Assembly (NCBI GenBank): GCA_036566495.1
Contig: DATCWE010000043.1
Coordinates: 1 to 48,873 of the forward strand
Source: Gemmatimonadales bacterium
Lineage (GTDB): Bacteria; Gemmatimonadota; Gemmatimonadetes; Gemmatimonadales; GWC2-71-9
Reading direction: 5' to 3'
DNA: 48,873 nucleotides
Positions 43,678-48,873 of the stretch are shown one piece after another. Below the pieces are notes generated by a model that was given only the letters and a program-made list of their open reading frames with translations, had not been told where the DNA came from and ran no database searches. Made by a program: the position numbers and the translations under genes. How positions within the stretch are numbered: the first letter of the stretch is position 1; every line of letters starts with the position of its first letter.

Positions 43678-44727
43678 CTAGGCGGCCAGCTCGCTGATCC
43701 GCTGGGCCACATCCCGGATGTCCACCCGGGCGGCGAGGCGACCAAACAGATCGTAGGCTTCCCGGAAGAACGCCAGTGCCTGCTGTTTCTTCCCGTTGCT
43801 CTGATGCAGGCGCCCGAGCTCGCGGGAGGCCTCCGCCTGGCCCAGCACCCATTCGCTCTCCGCCGCGAGTCGCAGCGCGGTACGCAGACGATCTTCGGCG
43901 AGGACCGTCCGGCCGCTGTCCCGCAGCACTTTTCCGATGACCCGGTATGCGGCGGAAATGGAGCGGCGGTCGCCCAGGCGCTCGAAGGTGTCCAGCGCCG
44001 TCTCGGCGCGGGTGAGTGCGTCGCCGTACAACTGGCGCGCATGAGAGACCTCGGCGCGGTGCAGCTCGCACAGGCCGCGCAGGTAGGAGTCACCCAGCTG
44101 GATGGCGATCGCGGCGCTCTTGGTCAGCGAGCGTTCGGCTTCTTCCAGATCGCCGCGGCGGCTCGCGGTCACCCCCAGGTTGTGGGTGGCAATGGCACAG
44201 CCGCTTTCGTCGCCGATTTGCCGAAACGCCTCCAGGGCCCGGCGGTAGTGCGCGAAGGCGCCATCGTGCTCACCCTGCACACTGTCGATGATGCCGAGGT
44301 TTTGCTCGATCCGGCCCAGCAATCCCTGCGAGGAGCCGGCGAGGGCCAGCGCATTCACATAGCCGATCCTCGCGGCGGCGAGATGCCCGGCCTCGAATTC
44401 GAAGCCGGCAAGGGCATTCAGTGCCTCACCGGCAAGGATGAGATCACCGAGCGCCACCGCTTCGCGATAGCTCTGGGCGCAGAGCTCGCGTCCGCGAGCC
44501 GGATCCTCGCAGCGGTGGCGCACGACACCGAGCCGGCGCAGGGCTTCCACCAGAATCCCCCGTTCCTGGCCCGACTCGGCATCGCGCGCCGCCTGCTCAT
44601 AACACGCGGCAGCCGCCTCCAGCCGGCCCGCGGTATCGTGCACCCGGCCGTGCAGCAGCGCCCGGTGGCCAGCCTGCTCCGGCTGGTCGGCGGCAAGCAC
44701 GAGGGGATCCGTCTGCAATTCGGTCAT
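43678..44727 (-). CDS. TPR-repeat protein
   Basis: 349 aa of repeated 40-aa helical units with the A/G/Y spacing typical of TPR (AFAHYRRALEAFRQIGD, AERSLTKSAAIAIQLGD, ALAFFREAYDLFGRL). Confidence 0.75.
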   Translation of the reverse strand: MTELQTDPLVLAADQPEQAGHRALLHGRVHDTAGRLEAAAACYEQAARDAESGQERGILVEALRRLGVVRHRCEDPARGRELCAQSYREAVALGDLILAGEALNALAGFEFEAGHLAAARIGYVNALALAGSSQGLLGRIEQNLGIIDSVQGEHDGAFAHYRRALEAFRQIGDESGCAIATHNLGVTASRRGDLEEAERSLTKSAAIAIQLGDSYLRGLCELHRAEVSHARQLYGDALTRAETALDTFERLGDRRSISAAYRVIGKVLRDSGRTVLAEDRLRTALRLAAESEWVLGQAEASRELGRLHQSNGKKQQALAFFREAYDLFGRLAARVDIRDVAQRISELAA

Positions 44728-45178
44728 AGCACCAAGGGTGCGAGCTTCGACCGGGCCCGGCTGGCTCAGTCCGCAGCCGCGATGACCACGCCGAGAATAG
44801 AATGGAGAAAGTACCGGGGGCGGCGCATGGCCATTCTCCTGCTGAGAGACAATTGTGACTGGACTGTTTAAATCTTGACTTCATGAATTCGCAACTGTTG
44901 TGCCTACAATGAGATAAACGATCTACTTCTATACAGTACCTAGTCAACAACTTGGTAAGCGCTTCTGCGGGAGCCACCTGAAGGCGCGCAGCACTCTGCA
45001 GCGGGCGGACCGGCGGACACCCGGGTTACCTGTAGCGGTGAAGCACCCGGCTCGACTGGGGAGCGCGTCCGACTGGGTGTAGCGCGCCTACCACTGCTGG
45101 CCCGGCCTTTCTGTGCCTCAGACGCCGAACGGGACAACGGCAATGGAGGGCCAAGCTCCCCCGGTAGTATTTTTTGAA

Positions 45179-48100
45179 ATGGTGCTCTCCAGCTTTCACC
45201 CCGTCATCGCGCGCTGGTTTGCGGAGCGGATCGGACAGCCCACGCCGGCGCAGCGCCGCGGCTGGGAATCCATTCGTTCGGGGGCGGACACCCTCATCGC
45301 CGCGCCCACCGGGTCGGGGAAAACCTTCGCCGCCTTCCTGATCGCGCTCGACGACCTGCTGCGTGAATCGTTCGAGCACGAGTTGCCGGACGAAGTGCGC
45401 GTGGTCTACGTCTCGCCGCTCAAGGCGCTGAGTGCGGACATCCACAAAAACCTCGCCGAGCCTCGCCGCGAGATCCGCCGCCTGGCGGAATCCCTCGGCA
45501 TGGGCCTGCCTCACATCACGGCCGCGGTGCGCTCGGGGGATACCACGCCGGCGGACCGGCTGGCCATGCTCAAGACGCCGCCCCACATCCTGGTGACCAC
45601 GCCCGAATCGCTCTATCTCCTGCTCACCGCCGAGCGGAGCCGTGCGATGCTGCGCAGCGCGCGCACCGTCATCGTCGACGAGATCCATGCCGTGCTGGAA
45701 ACCCGCCGCGGTGCCCACCTCGCCCTGACGCTGGAGCGCTTGGACCATGCTGCGGGGCGCCGACTGCAACGGATCGGGTTGTCGGCGACCCAACGGCCCA
45801 TCGAGACGGTCGCGCAGTGGCTGAGCGGGAGCGGCGGACCCGCAACCGTCATCGACGAGGGCCACCGCCGCGCCCTGGACCTCGACCTCGAGCTGCCGGG
45901 CTCTCCCTTGCAGGCCGTGATGTCGGCCGAAGTCTGGGGCGAGGTGTACGACCGGCTGGCCGAGCTGATCAAGCAGCACCGCACCACGCTGGTATTCGTG
46001 AACACGCGGCGGCTGGCCGAACGGGTCGCGCGCCAGCTGGCCGACCGGCTTGGCGAGGCGAACGTAACCGCGCATCACGGCAGCCTGGCCAAGGAGGCCA
46101 GACTTTCCGCCGAAGAGCGCTTGAAGAGCGGCGGGTTGCAGGCGCTGGTGGCGACGTCCTCCCTCGAGCTCGGCATCGACATCGGGCACGTGGATCTGGT
46201 CTGTCAGCTTGGCTCGCCGCGACGCATCGCGACGTTGCTGCAGCGCGTGGGCCGCTCGGGCCACACGGTCCAGGGCACTCCGAAGGGGCGGCTCTTCCCG
46301 CTCAGCCGGGACGAGCTGGTCGAGTGCAGCGCGCTGCTCCGCGCGGTCGCCAAGGGCGAGCTGGATCGGGTCACCATCCAGGAACGGCCGCTGGACGTGC
46401 TGGCCCAGCAGATCGTGGCGGAGAGCGCGGCGGAGCCCTGGTCGCTCGACGAGCTGTACGCGCTGTGCCGCCGGGCCACCCCCTATCGGGCCCTGGAGCG
46501 CGAGCGCTTCGATGCCGTGGTCCGGATGCTGGGTGACGGGTTCGTAACCCGGCGCGGCCGGCGCGGCGCGCTGGTGCACGTCGACGCGGTCAATGGGCGC
46601 ATCCGCGGACGCCGAGGCGCCCGGCTCACCGCCCTCACCTCGGGCGGGGCGATTCCCGACAACGCCGACTACCGCGTCGTGCTGGAGCCCGAAGGGACCT
46701 TCATCGGCACCCTCAATGAGGATTTCGCGATCGAGAGCATGCCGGGCGACATCTTCCAGCTCGGCAACGCTTCCTGGGAAATGCTGCGCATCGAGCGCGG
46801 CACGGTGCGGGTAGCGGATGCGCACGGCCAGCCCCCGACGCTGCCCTTCTGGCTGGGCGAGGCGCTGGCGCGGAGCCGCGAGCTGTCTGACGAGGTCTCC
46901 CTGCTGCGTCGCGAGCTCGAGCCGCGGCTCCCGGATCGCGACGGCGCGGTGCGCTGGCTGGAGGCGGAAGGCATTCCGCGCCAGGCCGCCGAGCAGCTGG
47001 TGGAATACCTGGGGGAGAGCCTGCGGATGCTGGGGGCCCTGCCCACCCGTGAGACGGTCGTCGCAGAGCGTTTCTTCGACGAGGCCGGCGGCATGCAGCT
47101 GGTGCTGCACGCCCCGCTGGGGAGCCGGATCAACCGCGCCTGGGGACTCGCCCTGCGCAAGCGGTTCTGCCGCCAGTTCAACTTCGAGCTGCAGGCCGCG
47201 GCGACCGAGGACGCGGTGCTGCTTTCCCTGGGGCCGCAGCATTCCTTCGCGCTGGAGAGCGTGTTCCGCTTCCTGAGCCCCGAATCGGTCCGCGAAATCC
47301 TGATTCAGGCCGTGCTGGATGCACCGGTGTTCGCCACGCGGTGGCGCTGGAACGCCAACATCTCACTCGCCGTGCCGCGCTACCGCAACGGCCACAAGGT
47401 GCCGCCGCCGTTCCAGCGGATGCAGTCGGAGGATCTGCTCGCCGCGGCGTTCCCCGACGCCGCCGCGTGTCTGGAGAACATTCCGGGGGACCGTGAGATC
47501 CCCGATCACCCCCTGGTGGAACAGGTCATCGACGATTGCCTCCACGAGGCGATGGACCTCGACGGACTGGTGGAGCTGCTGCGCGGCCTGACCACCGGAG
47601 CCATCGGCGGGATCGCACGCGACCTGCCCGAGCCCTCGCCCCTGGCCCACGAGATTCTGAACGCCAGGCCCTACGCGTTCCTCGACGATGCGCCGCTGGA
47701 GGAGCGCCGCACCCAGGCGGTGCAGACCCGGCGCGCGCTGGAGCCCCGCTCTGCCGAGGATCTCGGCGCGCTCGATTCGGCAGCGATCGAACGGGTGCGG
47801 GACGAGGCATGGCCCGAAGTCGAGCATGCGGACGAGCTGCACGACGCGTTGCAGGTTTCCGGTTTCCTGACCGCGCGCGAGGGTGCGAGCGGGCGCAACG
47901 GCGTACCCTGGACCGGTTACTTCGAGGAGCTGGAACGGGATTGCCGGGCCATGCGGGTCGGCGGTCTGTGGGTGGCGGCCGAACGGTACGCGCTGGCCCG
48001 CGCGCTGCCGAGTCCAGAGAGCGTGCGCGAGCTGCTGCGGGGGCGGCTGGAGATTCTGGGCCCGACCACGGCGAGAGGACTGGCGGAATCGCTGGGGGTT

Positions 48101-48873
48101 TCCCCGGACGATGTGACGGCCGCCCTGTATGCGCTGGAGGGCGAAGGCGTCATTCTGCGCGGCAGCTTCACGCCCGGAGCGGGGGAGCTGGAATGGTGCG
48201 AGCGGCGGCTCCTGGCGCGGATCCATCGCTATACGCTGAACCGGCTGCGCGCGGAGATCGCGCCGGTAAGCGGCGCCGACTTCCAGCGTTTCCTGTTTGG
48301 CTGGCAGCACGTATTGCCCGAGACTCGCAAGGCGGGACTCGAGGGACTGGCCGCCGTGATCGAGCAGCTGGACGGCTACGAGGTTGCGGCGGGTGCCTGG
48401 GAAGCCGAGGTGCTGGGCGCGCGCTGTGAAGAATACGATCCGGCGCTGCTCGACATGCTGTGCCTTACCGGACGAGTCGCTTGGGGGCGCCTTTCCGCGC
48501 CCGGAGCGCCGGCGTCCGGGAACGGTGGAGCTCACGGCGGTCGTCCGATCCGCACCACGCCGGTCGCGCTCTTTCAGCGGGAACACGCCGAGCTCTGGCT
48601 GAGTTTGGCCCCACCCAGGGCGACCGAGCGGCTTTCCAGTTACGGGCTCGCGGTGCACGAGACATTGGTGCAGCGGGGCGCCTCGTTCCTGCCCGACCTG
48701 GTCGGTGCTTCGGGCCTTTTGCCAACGCAGGTAGAGCAGGCTCTAGCCGAGCTAGCCGCCCTCGGGCTGGTGACATCCGACAGTTTTGCCGGGCTGCGCG
48801 CTCTGCTCACGCCGTCCGCAAAGCGGCAGCCGATCGGCGCCGGGATCCGCCGGCAGCGCAGCGCCCCGTTCGG
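45179..48873 (+). CDS. lhr: Lhr-type ATP-dependent DEAD/DEAH-box helicase (3' end outside window)
   Basis: Not in the ORF track because it has no stop inside the window. My translation from ATG 45179 gives [54 protein letters not shown] (motif I) and VIVDEIHAV (motif II). No other + ORF in the track uses this frame. The 738-aa antisense ORF is its shadow. In-frame alternatives ATG 45143 and GTG 45113 exist. Confidence 0.85.
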   Translation, partial: MVLSSFHPVIARWFAERIGQPTPAQRRGWESIRSGADTLIAAPTGSGKTFAAFLIALDDLLRESFEHELPDEVRVVYVSPLKALSADIHKNLAEPRREIRRLAESLGMGLPHITAAVRSGDTTPADRLAMLKTPPHILVTTPESLYLLLTAERSRAMLRSARTVIVDEIHAVLETRRGAHLALTLERLDHAAGRRLQRIGLSATQRPIETVAQWLSGSGGPATVIDEGHRRALDLDLELPGSPLQAVMSAEVWGEVYDRLAELIKQHRTTLVFVNTRRLAERVARQLADRLGEANVTAHHGSLAKEARLSAEERLKSGGLQALVATSSLELGIDIGHVDLVCQLGSPRRIATLLQRVGRSGHTVQGTPKGRLFPLSRDELVECSALLRAVAKGELDRVTIQERPLDVLAQQIVAESAAEPWSLDELYALCRRATPYRALERERFDAVVRMLGDGFVTRRGRRGALVHVDAVNGRIRGRRGARLTALTSGGAIPDNADYRVVLEPEGTFIGTLNEDFAIESMPGDIFQLGNASWEMLRIERGTVRVADAHGQPPTLPFWLGEALARSRELSDEVSLLRRELEPRLPDRDGAVRWLEAEGIPRQAAEQLVEYLGESLRMLGALPTRETVVAERFFDEAGGMQLVLHAPLGSRINRAWGLALRKRFCRQFNFELQAAATEDAVLLSLGPQHSFALESVFRFLSPESVREILIQAVLDAPVFATRWRWNANISLAVPRYRNGHKVPPPFQRMQSEDLLAAAFPDAAACLENIPGDREIPDHPLVEQVIDDCLHEAMDLDGLVELLRGLTTGAIGGIARDLPEPSPLAHEILNARPYAFLDDAPLEERRTQAVQTRRALEPRSAEDLGALDSAAIERVRDEAWPEVEHADELHDALQVSGFLTAREGASGRNGVPWTGYFEELERDCRAMRVGGLWVAAERYALARALPSPESVRELLRGRLEILGPTTARGLAESLGVSPDDVTAALYALEGEGVILRGSFTPGAGELEWCERRLLARIHRYTLNRLRAEIAPVSGADFQRFLFGWQHVLPETRKAGLEGLAAVIEQLDGYEVAAGAWEAEVLGARCEEYDPALLDMLCLTGRVAWGRLSAPGAPASGNGGAHGGRPIRTTPVALFQREHAELWLSLAPPRATERLSSYGLAVHETLVQRGASFLPDLVGASGLLPTQVEQALAELAALGLVTSDSFAGLRALLTPSAKRQPIGAGIRRQRSAPF

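Noticed and set aside
44940-45130. Whether the GC-rich structured segment is SRP RNA, 6S RNA, RNase P RNA, tmRNA or a tRNA
   Set aside because: On either strand there is no GGAAGCAGC-type SRP helix-8 motif, no GGAAAGUCCGG RNase P core, no tRNA-like T-loop (GTTCRANNC) and no tmRNA ends. No long terminal stem as in 6S RNA was evident.
45113-45178. Longer N-terminus for Lhr from in-frame GTG 45113 or ATG 45143
   Set aside because: The frame is open back to TAG 45080-45082, so these starts are possible. However, Lhr-type proteins start close to the F-H-P-x-x-x-x-W-F segment, and a TAGTAT box sits 8 nt before ATG 45179. The shorter call is kept at moderate certainty.
45026-47242. 738-aa ORF on the minus strand, one of the longest in the track
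   Set aside because: It is the antisense shadow of the Lhr helicase gene. Its translation is Arg/Gly/Ala/Pro-rich with no motifs. The + strand frame starting at 45179 gives clear helicase motifs I and II and stays open to the window end.
1-48873. Mobile elements, prophage or defence genes, CRISPR arrays, rRNA or tRNA genes
   Set aside because: No transposase, integrase or recombinase motifs appear in any convincing frame. No array-like direct repeats exist beyond the short ones reported. No intergenic gap has tRNA or rRNA hallmarks. I could scan only by eye, so small elements inside coding regions cannot be excluded.

Overview
This is a high-GC (judged by eye, not computed), densely coding bacterial chromosomal window. 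I call about 46 protein-coding genes. I recognised no rRNA, tRNA, CRISPR array, transposase or integrase. Most long ORFs in the track are antisense or out-of-frame shadows of real genes, which is typical of high-GC DNA, and I trimmed or rejected them.

Layout:
- 1-13994: an envelope-glycan island with two separate modules that pair a polyprenyl-phosphate-type GT2 with a GT-C-like membrane protein. It also holds three redox enzymes (GMC oxidase, amine-oxidase-fold flavoprotein, Gfo/Idh/MocA), two SDR epimerases (one a clear UDP-glucuronate 4-epimerase) and an MprF-type flippase-like protein.
- 14000-16624: pruA and an orphan WtpA-like oxyanion-binding protein.
- 16692-19844: an operon of small envelope proteins (lipoprotein, cutA, Yip1, Cys-rich peptide, GNAT, yggT, DUF167).
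- 20001-25555: metH translationally coupled to a YitJ-like homocysteine-methyltransferase/MTHFR fusion, behind a promoter-like element and a hairpin-rich leader.
- 25647-28743: acyl-CoA dehydrogenase, PBP4 and a membrane protein.
- 29008-31730: a cold-shock protein with a long structured leader, rpsU behind a very stable hairpin, and a Ser/Thr kinase with TPR repeats.
- 31727-34546 (minus strand): a small protein, NDH-2, QueG and a VOC protein, chained by GTGA overlaps.
- 34595-38378: LOG, an MFS transporter and a triple-GAF protein. Each has a -10-like box 7-9 nt before its start codon.
- 38462-44727 (minus strand): TPR protein, GAF sensor kinase, small protein, OM beta-barrel, metal-binding protein and permease, with no ABC ATPase.
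- 45179 to the window end: an Lhr-type helicase.

The most likely place for undescribed biology is the glycan island, especially the module at 609-6145 with its GT2, GT-C-like protein, SDR, unknown protein and GMC oxidase. All functions are assigned from motifs I read in the translations. No database search was run.
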